Below, piece by piece: positions 18,875-29,631 of a DNA stretch of 64,000 bases. Below the pieces are notes generated by a model. That model worked only from the letters and a program-made list of their open reading frames with translations, ran no database searches and had not been told where the DNA came from. The stretch's first letter is position 1. Every line of letters begins with the position of its first letter. Source of the stretch: a virus (taxonomy: Duplodnaviria > Caudoviricetes); the IMG/VR virus record IMGVR_UViG_3300028833_000094, positions 52,468 through 116,467 of that record; one strand, given 5' to 3'. Made by a program: the position numbers and the translations under genes.

Positions 18875-21292
18875 ATGAGTTACTTATATAATGGTTTTCC
18901 ACCTCAGCAGTTGTCTTTCAGCAGGAAGAATAAAGCCTGGAGAAAGAAGTGTGTGGATTTTGGTGACAACCATAGTATCATGCATCATCATGTAGCCAGG
19001 AAGTCATGGTATGGCATGAAGATTAACTATGACTTGCTGAATGGTATTCTTCACATGGAAGACCTGAAGGCATTGGTAAATCCTTATGGACTAAATGCTT
19101 CCTTTATACCTGATAAAATCCAACACTACAGTATCATCAATTCCAAGTTGAATGTACTCAGGGGAGAAGAAGCTAACAGGTTGTTTGACCCAAGGGTAGT
19201 GGTGACTAATCCAAGTGCCATTACCTTGATGGAAGAAGAAAAGAACCGTCAGGTAAATATAGCTCTTCAGCAATTGATTCAGGATACTTCCCAGAGTGAG
19301 GAGGATTTCCAAAGAGAGTTAGACAGGTTGAATACCTATTTCAAGTATCAGTACCAGGACAAGAGGGAAGTAGAGGGAAACTATTTCCTTAACCACTACA
19401 GGAAAGAACTGGAGATAGACCAGAAATTCAACCAGGGATTTGTAGATGGCTATGCTGTAGGAGAAGAAGCCTATCAGTGTGATATTATTGGAGGAGAGCC
19501 TACTTTTGAGAAGATAAATCTCTTGGAGATGAGGGTCCTGATGAGTGGCTATTCCAACAAGATAGAAGATGCTGACATGATTATCCTGGAAGGCTATAGG
19601 AATCCTGGTTCTGTAATAGATGCCTACTATGATGTGCTTTCAGCCAAAGATATCAAAGCCATTGAGGAAGGTTCAGGAAGTGTATATAGCAATGCATCAG
19701 ACTCTATGGATAACATAGATGCAAGAGTAGGTAACCCACTCAGGAGTCTGGTAGGACTTGACTTCCTTGGAAACCATTGGGAAGCAGGAGAAAGGGTGAT
19801 GACACCTGCAGACCTATTTGCAGATGATAATATGAGTACACTGACTCCCTATGACATGAATGGTAATGTCAGGGTATTGAAGGTATACTGGAAGTCAAGA
19901 AGAAAGATTAAGAAAGTAAAGAGCTATGACCCTGTAACAGGAGAAGAAGAATTCAATTTCTATCCTGAGACCTATTACTGTGACCCTGATAAGGGAGAAG
20001 AAGAACAGATATTCTGGGTAAATGAAGCATGGGAAGGAACTAAGATTGGTGCTGATATCTATGTAAACATGAGACCCAGGCCTGTACAGTATAACTCTAT
20101 GAGTAATCCTTCAAGATGTCACTTTGGTATTGTGGGCAGTATCTATTCAACCAATGGATATGAGCCTTTCTCTATGGTGGATATCATGAAGCCCTATGCC
20201 TATCTCTATGACATTATTAATGACAGGTTGAATAAGACCTTGGCAAAGAATGTAGGTAAGGTTATCAGGTTAGACTTTGCTAAAGTTCCTAAGGGATGGG
20301 ATGCAGATAAATGGCTGTACTATATCAATGTGAATGGTGTAGCTGTAGAGAACTCATGGAATGAAGGAGATGTAGGAGCAGCTACAGGAAGGCTTGCAGC
20401 CAGTCTGAATAATGCTTCCAGTGGTGTGATTGATGCTTCATTAGGTAATGAGATTCAGAGTTATATCTCCATGCTAGAATGGATTAGCAATAAAATAGGA
20501 GACTTGTCAGGTATCTCCAGGCAGAGAGAAGGACAGATTTCCAACAGGGAGACTGTAGGAGGAGTAGAAAGGGCTACCCTTCAGAGTTCACACAGTACCC
20601 AATGGCTGTTTACCTATCATGATAGTGTGAAGAAGAGAGCTTTGGAATGCTTCCTTGAAACAGCCAAGATAGCCTATAAGGGAAGGAAAATCAAGTTTGA
20701 CTACATCATGAATGATGGTTTCAAGAAGACCATTGAGATTGATGGAGATGACTTTGCAGAATGTGACTATGGTCTGGTAGTAGATTTGGGCAATGATGTA
20801 CAGGAGCTTAACCAGAACCTTGGACAGCTTGCTCAGGCAGGTCTGCAGAATGATAAGATGAACTTCTCTACCCTGATAAAGATATATACTACCAAGAGTG
20901 TATCTGAGCGCATGAGACTCATTGAGGCTTATGAGGAGCAGGCAATGATGCAGCAGCAGCAACAGCAGCAAATGCAACAGCAGCAGTTTGAACAGCAGTT
21001 GCAGCAGCAGGCACAGCTTGAACAGGCTAAGGCTGAAAGAGAGTATCAGATGCATCAGGAAGATAATGAGACTAAGCTGCTTGTTGCTGAGATTAATTCT
21101 CAGGCAGAGGCCCAGAGATTTGCCATGATGAACCATGACAATGATGAGGCCAATGCTATTGAAAGGGAAAAGATTGCTGAAAATGCAAGGCAGTTTGATG
21201 AGAAGCTTTCCCTTGATAAGAAGAAGCAGGCAGATGATGCAAGACTTAAGGAGAAACAGATTAATGTCACTAAGCAGAAGAAATCATCATAA
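18875..21292 (+). CDS. Portal protein
   Basis: 805 aa; FP.QQLSF..K...WRK.CVD, IQHY.I.NSKLNVL.GEE, W.NE.WEGTKIG and GISRQREGQ...RETVGGVERA motifs of crAss-like portals; C-terminal Q-rich coiled coil. Confidence 0.85.
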   Translation: MSYLYNGFPPQQLSFSRKNKAWRKKCVDFGDNHSIMHHHVARKSWYGMKINYDLLNGILHMEDLKALVNPYGLNASFIPDKIQHYSIINSKLNVLRGEEANRLFDPRVVVTNPSAITLMEEEKNRQVNIALQQLIQDTSQSEEDFQRELDRLNTYFKYQYQDKREVEGNYFLNHYRKELEIDQKFNQGFVDGYAVGEEAYQCDIIGGEPTFEKINLLEMRVLMSGYSNKIEDADMIILEGYRNPGSVIDAYYDVLSAKDIKAIEEGSGSVYSNASDSMDNIDARVGNPLRSLVGLDFLGNHWEAGERVMTPADLFADDNMSTLTPYDMNGNVRVLKVYWKSRRKIKKVKSYDPVTGEEEFNFYPETYYCDPDKGEEEQIFWVNEAWEGTKIGADIYVNMRPRPVQYNSMSNPSRCHFGIVGSIYSTNGYEPFSMVDIMKPYAYLYDIINDRLNKTLAKNVGKVIRLDFAKVPKGWDADKWLYYINVNGVAVENSWNEGDVGAATGRLAASLNNASSGVIDASLGNEIQSYISMLEWISNKIGDLSGISRQREGQISNRETVGGVERATLQSSHSTQWLFTYHDSVKKRALECFLETAKIAYKGRKIKFDYIMNDGFKKTIEIDGDDFAECDYGLVVDLGNDVQELNQNLGQLAQAGLQNDKMNFSTLIKIYTTKSVSERMRLIEAYEEQAMMQQQQQQQMQQQQFEQQLQQQAQLEQAKAEREYQMHQEDNETKLLVAEINSQAEAQRFAMMNHDNDEANAIEREKIAENARQFDEKLSLDKKKQADDARLKEKQINVTKQKKSS

Positions 21293-21312
21293 AAATGATG
21301 AAATAAATAACG
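21283..21312 (+). repeat. Junction hairpin family, copy 5 (6-nt loop variant)
   Basis: ATCATCA-TAAAAA-TGATGAA-ATAAATAACG. Confidence 0.5.
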
Positions 21313-21330
21313 GTACAAAAATATAGAGAT

Positions 21331-23157
21331 ATGCCATACAGGAGAAGTAATTATGACTTTGTCATTGATGCATCTTACCAGCCATTTAGCTTTCAAGAGA
21401 TGCTGCAGCCTTTTGTAATGTATAAAGATGCTTATGAGAAGGATGAAGCAGCCTATATTGACTTACAGAAGAATGCAGATAAATTTAAGTATCTTTCTAG
21501 GACTCTTCCTGAGGGAAGTAAGGCAAGGCAGATATATGAAGGCTATGCCAATCAGCTTAGCAATGATGCCAAAGACTTTATGTCTAATGGAAAGTCCATG
21601 TCTAATGCAAGAAGCCTGCTTGACTTGAAGAGGAGATATCAGGGGGAGATTGGAAGGCTTTATGATATAGATTCAATTAGGAGGAATCAGATTAAAGAGC
21701 AGAATGATCTTAGACTTAAAGATCCTACAAGGCTTTTCTCAAGGAGAGCTGATATGACATCATTTGATGACTATCTGGATAATCCTGATTTAGGGTATGA
21801 ATCTTATAGTGGTGCAATGCTTGCTCAGCAAGTTGGAACTGCAGCCAGTGCTATTGCTAAGAGTCTAAGGGACTATGGTAATGGTAAACCCTTAGATGGT
21901 TTTACAAAGACTTGGTTACAGCAACATGGTTATACTGCTGCTGAAGTAGCTCAAGCCATACAAAATCCTGCTTCAGATAAGACTGGAGTACTTAATTCCA
22001 TAGTAGAGCAAGCTGTTCAGAGTTCAAAGATTCCTGAATGGGCAGATGCTGCAACCTTGAAACAAGCTTATGCTTATGCTAGCCAAGGCTTATGGAATGC
22101 AGTTGGTCAGACACAAGTAAGTCAATATACTGATGAAGCAGCTAAACTTGCAGCACAAGAAGCTTCTCAGATGAGAATGGCCGATTATAATCATAATCTA
22201 AGAATGGCAGAGCAAGAGCAAGCAGCTAAAATAGCTCAACAACAATTGCAACAGCAGGGAGGAGGGCTTGCTATTAATCCTGTAAATATTTATAGCCAGA
22301 AAGAAGTAGATGAAGCAAATGCAAATATGAGGAATTTTGCCAAGTATTTTGATGTTGATGCTAATGGCCGTGTAAAGATGAATAAGAAAGGCTTTGATGA
22401 GTATAATAGGAATGCTGCTCCAAGGGTAAGCACAGCTGCATCAGGTGGAGGTACGGCAAGACTTATGAATGCTGAAACACAATTGAATACTGAAAATAAG
22501 TATCAACCCACTGAGTTTAAAAAGTTTATTGACAGTATTGGAGGCAGTAAATACTTTATAAACGGTAAAATGCAGCCAGGTAATTTAGGAAATCTTTGGG
22601 CACAATACAATAAAGATAATACATCTTCAAAGTATGATGCTACTAAGAGCACTGAGTTTGACTATACTGTGTCAAGTTCTCAACAGAAAGACATGAAATC
22701 TGCTATTCAAATTGCTGCAAGAGGAACTAAACTCCAAGAGGTGGACTTTGATAGAAAGACTAATAGTTTCAAACCAGCTGGAAAGGCTATTAAGATGGAT
22801 GAGCTGAATAGTGATGATGTTACAGTGGTTTCAACTAGATTCTCTCCTTACGGCAGTACTGTTATGATTAAAGGTAAAAATGGAGAAGTGCATAGATACT
22901 TGATGCCAGAAGGTATTAATCCTACCAATGAACATAACAGAGATACAGCTATGCAGAAAGCATTACAATGGCAGAATGTGGTAACTTCAGGTAAGTATAA
23001 GGATACCAAGGGCAATGAAGTACAGGCTTCACCTGAAGAAATTGCTTATGCTCAAAGCATGTATAAGCAGTCACTGCAGGAAGCTTACCTATATCATTCT
23101 CAATTAGGTTTGACAAATAAGACAAAAGAACAGGAGTATAACCCATACGGATATTAA
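21331..23157 (+). CDS. Putative cargo/ejection protein
   Basis: 608 aa; N-terminal Y.PFSFQEML.P motif; helical; lies in the cargo cluster. Confidence 0.55.
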   Translation: MPYRRSNYDFVIDASYQPFSFQEMLQPFVMYKDAYEKDEAAYIDLQKNADKFKYLSRTLPEGSKARQIYEGYANQLSNDAKDFMSNGKSMSNARSLLDLKRRYQGEIGRLYDIDSIRRNQIKEQNDLRLKDPTRLFSRRADMTSFDDYLDNPDLGYESYSGAMLAQQVGTAASAIAKSLRDYGNGKPLDGFTKTWLQQHGYTAAEVAQAIQNPASDKTGVLNSIVEQAVQSSKIPEWADAATLKQAYAYASQGLWNAVGQTQVSQYTDEAAKLAAQEASQMRMADYNHNLRMAEQEQAAKIAQQQLQQQGGGLAINPVNIYSQKEVDEANANMRNFAKYFDVDANGRVKMNKKGFDEYNRNAAPRVSTAASGGGTARLMNAETQLNTENKYQPTEFKKFIDSIGGSKYFINGKMQPGNLGNLWAQYNKDNTSSKYDATKSTEFDYTVSSSQQKDMKSAIQIAARGTKLQEVDFDRKTNSFKPAGKAIKMDELNSDDVTVVSTRFSPYGSTVMIKGKNGEVHRYLMPEGINPTNEHNRDTAMQKALQWQNVVTSGKYKDTKGNEVQASPEEIAYAQSMYKQSLQEAYLYHSQLGLTNKTKEQEYNPYGY

Positions 23158-23161
23158 TGCT

Positions 23162-26100
23162 ATGTCAAAAACAGCTAAACAAAAACCAGTTGATATAACT
23201 AAAACTGGTCCTATGACTTTTAGGCAGCTTCAGGATGCAAATGATAATACATTGTCAAGTTTGAGTCCAGAGTTCTTACAGTTTAGTCAGGGAATAGATC
23301 AAGCGTATGCTCCTGTATCTTTATACGATGCAGGAAGTCATGCTCAACAGGATATAATGTCCCCATTATCCCAACAGCAAACTTATAGTGGTAATCAAGA
23401 TTATTGGGGCAGAAGTCATTATGACAATTCTTCAGCTACTGAGGCTCAATTCTCTCGGCTTGGAGATATTAGGGCTGAAAATCAACCTTGGTATTCTAAA
23501 CTCCTAAATGGTATAGGAAAGGCTGGAGTATTAGCAGGTACTACTGCATTGGAGACAGCTGGATTACTCTATGGTGCTGGACATTCTTTACTTGAGACTG
23601 CTGGTGTAATTGAGGATGATAATAAATCATGGGTTCAGAATCTGTGGGACAATCCTATAACAAATGCTCTACAGAAAGTAACGGAAGCATCTGAAGAACT
23701 GATGCCTAACTACTATACCCAGGATGAGATTGAGAACCCATTTGGTAATATCTTTACAGCTAACTTCCTCGGAGATAAACTGCTGAAGAACCTTGGCTTT
23801 ATGGTTGGTGCTTTCTATGGAGGTATTCCAGCTTCTACCCTTATTGGTAAAGTTGGTACTGCTGCAGTAAAAGGGGCAAGGGCTGCATCTCTAGCTGAAA
23901 GAGCAGGCATGGCTGCAAGAGTAGGAGAACTTACTGCTAAGTATGGAGATGATGTTGCAGGTCTTGAAAGAGCTTTAGCTAGGGAAGGATTAACAGAAGC
24001 TGAGAGAGGTAAAAGGATTCTTGAAGGCTTTGATAAAGTAAGAAATGCTGCCCAGACTACAAGGGCTACTACCCAGACTATTGGTTCTTTAGGAAGTGCT
24101 ATTAATGAAGGTGCTATTGAAGCATTGAATAATAGTAAGGACTGGGCTAAGATGGCTACTCGGCAAGAGAATGAAAGATATCAGACTGAATTGCAGGAAG
24201 AACTTGCTAAGATAGAAAATGCTCTTGGTGGTACCGAGATGGAAGAATCTGTCAAGACAGCCAAAAGGATGGAGCTTGCTGAAAAGCATACTAAACAGCT
24301 TGAAGAAATTGAGAAGGGTAGGGCAAAGATGGGAAATGCAGACTTGCTGTTAAATATTCCTGTCTTGATGGCATCTAACATGTATCAGTTAGGAAAGCTC
24401 TATACCAGGGGATTTGATTCTACCAGAAGGCAAATGGGTAGTTTGTTTAATGGGCACAGGATTTCTGGAGACTTAGCTAAAGGTACTCTCAAGAGTGATA
24501 AGACTTGGAAGGGTGCAGTTGGGACAGCTTTGTTAAAGAGCAATACTGAAGGTTTGGAAGAATATCTCCAAAGAGCTGCTAGTGATGGTGCTGGAAATGC
24601 TGTCAATGAAAGCATCCAAAGATTTTTTGATGCGGGACAAAATGGAGAAGCTAAAACTGATGTAGATGATTATATTGCAGGGTTTGGTAAAGCAATTGCT
24701 ACCAACTTAGGAGACCCTAATGCTTGGGAAGAGTATATGATTGGTGCTCTTTCTTCTATGATAGGTATGCCTGTATTTGGTTCCCAGACAAAGAATGCCT
24801 ATATGAAGTTAGGTCCTGTAGGTTTTGCTGGAGGTATTGTAGGAAACTACAACGATTACATGGATGCTAAAAAACATGAAAATGAAGTAGCACAATATCT
24901 TAATGGGAGGGTAAAAGATCCAAAATTTAAAGCTCTTTATGATAATCTGAAGAAACAGCAAGACTATGATAAGTGGTTGCAGGAAGAAATAGCAAAAGGA
25001 GATAAATCTAAATATAAAGATTTAGAACTTGAATCCTTCTATAAGGATTTGAATGCTGCTGCTTCATCAGGACACTTGGAGGAATTTAAGCAGCTTGTAG
25101 GGTATAATACCGATTATACTGATGAGGAGCTTGAAGATATAGTTAAGCAGACTTCTACTGAGATTACTCCAGAACAACAGAAGAAACAAGATGAAGATAG
25201 AAAGGCATATCTTGAAGGTCAGATAGCTGAGTTTAATAAATTAGACAGAGCTTTGACTCCTGAAGAAAGTAAGGTATATGATGAGCTTGAAGAAGTCAAT
25301 AAGAGGATAGAAGAGGATAATTATCAAAAGAAGTTAGAAGGCCCATTTATTGATAGGAATGGCCAGATGAATGTTACCAATCCTGGTAAGATGAGGGAGA
25401 TTCTTGATAGGAATAGACAGAATCTTCTCCAGGGTATTGATGACTATTTGAAGATTAGGAATGATATTGATATTGAGACTGATGGCAGACTTGATGATGA
25501 GCAGATAGAACTTCTTACCCAGATGAAAGGTAAGGTTCTTAGCTATGAAAGAAGAAGTGCTGAGATGGCCGAGGATTTAATAGATAATCTCAAAGATGTA
25601 AAGGCCGCTCAAGAAATTGCAAAAGAGAGAATCAAGGCAGATTTGGAATCTGCTCAAAAGAAATATAATGAAGCAAAAGAACATTGGGAAAAAGTAAAAA
25701 ATGGTAAGCATAGTCAAGAACATAAGAATGATGTAGAGAAGAAACTTCTTGCTGCCGAAAAGAAACTTAATAAAGCTAAGGTTGCTGATAGAAGTGTAGA
25801 TAATGTATTGAAGTTGCTTCAGATGCTGACGGAAGAAAAAGACACTTCTGCCAGGGAGAGGATTGCTGAAGCTAGGGGGTATGGTGAAGGTTCTCTCTAT
25901 AGTTTGTCTGAAGCCCTGGCTGTTGGACAAAAGAGAAAAATAAATTCTGATGAAGCCCAGGCAATATTGGCAAATCCTCAGAATGCAATGGCACTTGTTA
26001 GTATTCTGAATAGTAGAAACTCTGGTTTGGATGAGGAAGTTAAGGATAAAGCAATTCAAGAAGCCGTTGATTTATCTATTCTTGCCAATCAAAAGATGGC

Positions 26101-29100
26101 CTATAATAAAAAGGTAAGAGAATTCTTAGGTGACCCCAGTTTAATCAATGATGCCTATAAGCAAGCACAAGATAAAATTTCTCAAAAAGAAAAAGACAAT
26201 AAATCTGATGAGCTCTCGTTGAATATCAAGAATGCCAACAATATGGTTGATCTTGACAGAATTTTAAGAGAAGCTTATAATATAAATCCTGAAATAGCTC
26301 AGGCTGCTTTAGATAAAGCAAAGCAGACTGCAGATGAAGATACTAAGAAATTTATTGATGATTATGAGAAGGCAGTAGACTTCTATGGTAATGTAGCAAG
26401 ACAGTCCCAAAAACTTGCTCCAGAGATAGCTGCTGGTGTGCAAGGAACTGCCGAGTCTGAATGGGAGAATGCTTTGCAGGAAGGGGTAGATGTGCAGAAT
26501 AAGTTTATTAATGGTATGAATGAAGCTGCAGAAGAATTGGAGAAGAGTGGTGTACCAGGAGCCAAAGAGACAGCCGATGGTATCAGGCAAGTTCTGTCCA
26601 CACTTAATGCAGCTAAAACTTCTACTGCTACTAATAAAAACACAAGGAAATCAACTAAGAAGGGTAATGATGTAGAAGAAGGTGAAGCATCTGAAAAGGA
26701 AAAGAAAGGATTTGATGCTCTAAGAGAACGTCTTGCAGCAAAGAAGGCTAAAGAATCAGAAGAAAATAATAAGAAAGAAGGTACTACTGATACTAAAGAC
26801 TCTCTTCAGAAAGCTGTAGAGCAAGAGGTCAAAGACAGTAAACAGAAGAATGGTTCTTATAAGGTAGATGATTTAAAGAAACTATCTAAAGAGCTTCAGG
26901 ATAGGATTCAGAAGTTTAATGAAGAGAATCCTGGCAGTGAGTTTTTGGTAGATTTTGAACAACTACTTCAGAATCTTACTGATGAAGATATTGCCAATGA
27001 TGACGGTAATTTTGCAGATGATGATATAGAAGAAGACGATACAGATCTTGGAGATGACAATGATGGAAGTGACAGAGCTGAGAAGATGCATGAAAACCTC
27101 AGGGTTACTTTCAAGAGTGACAATCCGACAGCCTATAGACTTTCTGACGGTGATAACTGGTTAGACTATAGAATTCCTTATGAGCCTACTGTAGAAGAGT
27201 TAATGGAGAATAATCCTAAACTTACTGAAAGACAGGCTCAGGAATTGAAGGAAAGAATAGAAACTGTCCGTAATTTATTACTACAATATAAGGCCTATCA
27301 GTTTGTAGATAATAACTATCTTGGCTATGTAGCAAAAGCTATGGATGGAGAACCTGTAACTGTTCATCTATTAAGAAGCACCGATGATGTCCTTAATAAA
27401 GATAAGACTCATCCTATTACTTTCTTGGCTATCGAATGGAATGACAAAGTTAGGAAGGCTATAGTTGAAAATGGTTTTAATGGTAAGGAAAAAGAATTTA
27501 AGGAGAAAGTTAATCCTGTAACTATTAATGGTAAACAGTACCATATAGTAGGGGTAATGTCCATAAATGGACAGGTAGCACCTGAAGTATCCCAGGCTTT
27601 TGCAAGTCTTCAGGGAGCACTTAATCAGGAACTGAATTCCCAGATAGAAGAGGCTAAAGCTGATAACCAGCCATTTGTTGTAAGTGAAAAAACTACTGTC
27701 ATTAATAAGATTAATACAGGTAGGCTTGATAAGAGGAATGATAAGGATGATGACAGGGAAAAGGTAGGACTTTATGAATTTATGACTTCCCAGCAAGGAG
27801 ACAACTCAAGGACTGTTTCTTCTGAGTGGAGTGCAGGTATGGACTTTTATTTTGGTACTGTAGTAAATGGTTTGCTTAATGCTGTCGAAGATGAGAAAAT
27901 CCAAGACCAGATAGAAGAACCAAACTCTACATGGATGAAGAGAAACAATGGTGCCATAGTAATGTTTATTCCTAAGGCTGATGGTATGCTTTATCCTGTA
28001 CGAGTAACCAGAAGGACTGTTGCTGACTGGTTAGAAGCTAATGTTGATGGTAGTCATACTGGAAGACAGCTGCTTAATGCTGTATTAGATGGTAGTGTTA
28101 AGAATGAATATCTTGAGAATATCATCAGTTATCTGAAGAATATTTATGATGAAGATGCTACTATATCCGATAAGATGACTGCCAAGATGATGCTTCAGAA
28201 GTATTTCATCTTTAATAGCAGAAAGGATGGTAGAAATTCTATTCATTTCAATGGTGGAGATATTACCCTCCAGTTTAATGGTAAGGAGTATGATGTAAAT
28301 AGAGATACTTTTGAAGAATTTGTTACGGCATTCTTTGATGCCCTTGCTGAAGAGGGCAGAAAGTTTACCCTTCCTGCAACTAGTATTGAGGAAGTAAATG
28401 GAAGGGATGTCATAACATCTGGTGTATTTGAAATAGGATTAAGAGGTTTCTATAATTTCAATGCCAATTTCACTGTCGTTCCTATTGATGGTACAGGAAA
28501 CCCTGTAGTTGTAGAAGGTACCTCAAATAATGATGACCACTTTACAGGTGGTAATAATATGAATGATAATGAGCGTAAGTATGATTTTGGAGATGGTATG
28601 AAAAAATACTATGTTACTCCAGATTCTACTGGAACCTTTATTAAAGTTACAGATGAAAGTGGCAAACCAGTATCTACAGACATTCTTAATCTTATCAATT
28701 TGATGGAAGCTGCACAAAAAGGAGGACTACCTAGCTATAAAGAAAGTCAGATTAATGAGAGATATAAACGATCTCCTAAAGTCAGGGATTTTGTTCTTAA
28801 AGGGGTCAAAGGATATAATGATATATTCATAATTGATGGTGAAGAAAAGTGGATTTATAGAATAGGTGATTCAAGACCTGTTAAGCGTGATAGCGAGGAG
28901 GGTCAAAAGTTAATAAATGAAATCAATAGTGCAATCGGAACATTTACTGCGGAAAATGCTATTAAGATACAAGAATTGAAGAAAGAAGGTGCTTTACAAA
29001 CAGAATCTTCTACAGAACAGAAACCTACAAAGAAAGATGCGGAAGATGCCTTGAGAAATGTAGGAAAGCAAATGAAAGATGCTATGGAGACTTCTGGAGA

Positions 29101-29578
29101 TATAGAAGTAATGGAGTCACTACTTGAATTAGGACAAGTTGCTATTGACCAGGCAAGAGAAGCAGGAGTTGGAGAAGGTATTATTAAAAACATTGAGGGT
29201 ATCCATAAGGGTCTCCAAGTTAAATACAATAACTATAAGAAGGCAGCTGATAAAGCTAAAGAAGGTGCTAATACTGGAGAACAGGAGACTCCTAAGATGT
29301 TTGATGGGAAAACTATTGATGACTTAGATGCAAAGAATGGAGGTTTGGAAGCACTTCTTGTAACTAATAAGAAGAGTCCTATTATTAAAGGTACTAAAGA
29401 AAAGAACGGAAGGTCTGCAAGAATGGGAGTATGGGAAGCTCTTCAAAGTGCAGAATCAATAGGTAAGCCTATAGATAAAGATGATATAGCAAGGAGGATA
29501 CAAGCTATATTAGATGCAGATAAGAGCCAGAAAGAGCAGATGCTTGCAGATTTAGTTCATGATATTACTTGTGGGTAA
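23162..29578 (+). CDS. Large cargo/ejection protein with membrane-active Gly/Ala segments
   Basis: 2138 aa; several G/A-rich hydrophobic helices in the first ~560 aa, long coiled coils and an acidic linker. Confidence 0.6.
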   Translation: MSKTAKQKPVDITKTGPMTFRQLQDANDNTLSSLSPEFLQFSQGIDQAYAPVSLYDAGSHAQQDIMSPLSQQQTYSGNQDYWGRSHYDNSSATEAQFSRLGDIRAENQPWYSKLLNGIGKAGVLAGTTALETAGLLYGAGHSLLETAGVIEDDNKSWVQNLWDNPITNALQKVTEASEELMPNYYTQDEIENPFGNIFTANFLGDKLLKNLGFMVGAFYGGIPASTLIGKVGTAAVKGARAASLAERAGMAARVGELTAKYGDDVAGLERALAREGLTEAERGKRILEGFDKVRNAAQTTRATTQTIGSLGSAINEGAIEALNNSKDWAKMATRQENERYQTELQEELAKIENALGGTEMEESVKTAKRMELAEKHTKQLEEIEKGRAKMGNADLLLNIPVLMASNMYQLGKLYTRGFDSTRRQMGSLFNGHRISGDLAKGTLKSDKTWKGAVGTALLKSNTEGLEEYLQRAASDGAGNAVNESIQRFFDAGQNGEAKTDVDDYIAGFGKAIATNLGDPNAWEEYMIGALSSMIGMPVFGSQTKNAYMKLGPVGFAGGIVGNYNDYMDAKKHENEVAQYLNGRVKDPKFKALYDNLKKQQDYDKWLQEEIAKGDKSKYKDLELESFYKDLNAAASSGHLEEFKQLVGYNTDYTDEELEDIVKQTSTEITPEQQKKQDEDRKAYLEGQIAEFNKLDRALTPEESKVYDELEEVNKRIEEDNYQKKLEGPFIDRNGQMNVTNPGKMREILDRNRQNLLQGIDDYLKIRNDIDIETDGRLDDEQIELLTQMKGKVLSYERRSAEMAEDLIDNLKDVKAAQEIAKERIKADLESAQKKYNEAKEHWEKVKNGKHSQEHKNDVEKKLLAAEKKLNKAKVADRSVDNVLKLLQMLTEEKDTSARERIAEARGYGEGSLYSLSEALAVGQKRKINSDEAQAILANPQNAMALVSILNSRNSGLDEEVKDKAIQEAVDLSILANQKMAYNKKVREFLGDPSLINDAYKQAQDKISQKEKDNKSDELSLNIKNANNMVDLDRILREAYNINPEIAQAALDKAKQTADEDTKKFIDDYEKAVDFYGNVARQSQKLAPEIAAGVQGTAESEWENALQEGVDVQNKFINGMNEAAEELEKSGVPGAKETADGIRQVLSTLNAAKTSTATNKNTRKSTKKGNDVEEGEASEKEKKGFDALRERLAAKKAKESEENNKKEGTTDTKDSLQKAVEQEVKDSKQKNGSYKVDDLKKLSKELQDRIQKFNEENPGSEFLVDFEQLLQNLTDEDIANDDGNFADDDIEEDDTDLGDDNDGSDRAEKMHENLRVTFKSDNPTAYRLSDGDNWLDYRIPYEPTVEELMENNPKLTERQAQELKERIETVRNLLLQYKAYQFVDNNYLGYVAKAMDGEPVTVHLLRSTDDVLNKDKTHPITFLAIEWNDKVRKAIVENGFNGKEKEFKEKVNPVTINGKQYHIVGVMSINGQVAPEVSQAFASLQGALNQELNSQIEEAKADNQPFVVSEKTTVINKINTGRLDKRNDKDDDREKVGLYEFMTSQQGDNSRTVSSEWSAGMDFYFGTVVNGLLNAVEDEKIQDQIEEPNSTWMKRNNGAIVMFIPKADGMLYPVRVTRRTVADWLEANVDGSHTGRQLLNAVLDGSVKNEYLENIISYLKNIYDEDATISDKMTAKMMLQKYFIFNSRKDGRNSIHFNGGDITLQFNGKEYDVNRDTFEEFVTAFFDALAEEGRKFTLPATSIEEVNGRDVITSGVFEIGLRGFYNFNANFTVVPIDGTGNPVVVEGTSNNDDHFTGGNNMNDNERKYDFGDGMKKYYVTPDSTGTFIKVTDESGKPVSTDILNLINLMEAAQKGGLPSYKESQINERYKRSPKVRDFVLKGVKGYNDIFIIDGEEKWIYRIGDSRPVKRDSEEGQKLINEINSAIGTFTAENAIKIQELKKEGALQTESSTEQKPTKKDAEDALRNVGKQMKDAMETSGDIEVMESLLELGQVAIDQAREAGVGEGIIKNIEGIHKGLQVKYNNYKKAADKAKEGANTGEQETPKMFDGKTIDDLDAKNGGLEALLVTNKKSPIIKGTKEKNGRSARMGVWEALQSAESIGKPIDKDDIARRIQAILDADKSQKEQMLADLVHDITCG

Positions 29579-29611
29579 AAAGAAAGGTGAGTCGTTTGGC
29601 TCACCTTTTTA
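29577..29611. terminator. Bidirectional terminator between convergent genes
   Basis: A-tract, AAAGGTGAGTC-GTTTG-GCTCACCTTT hairpin, T-tract. Confidence 0.75.
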
Positions 29612-29631
29612 ATTAATTCTAAATCTAAGTA

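Noticed and set aside
20945-21015. CAG-rich poly-Q tract in the portal gene
   Set aside because: It is explained by the Q-rich coiled-coil barrel typical of these portals, is interrupted, and is not a frameshifting repeat.
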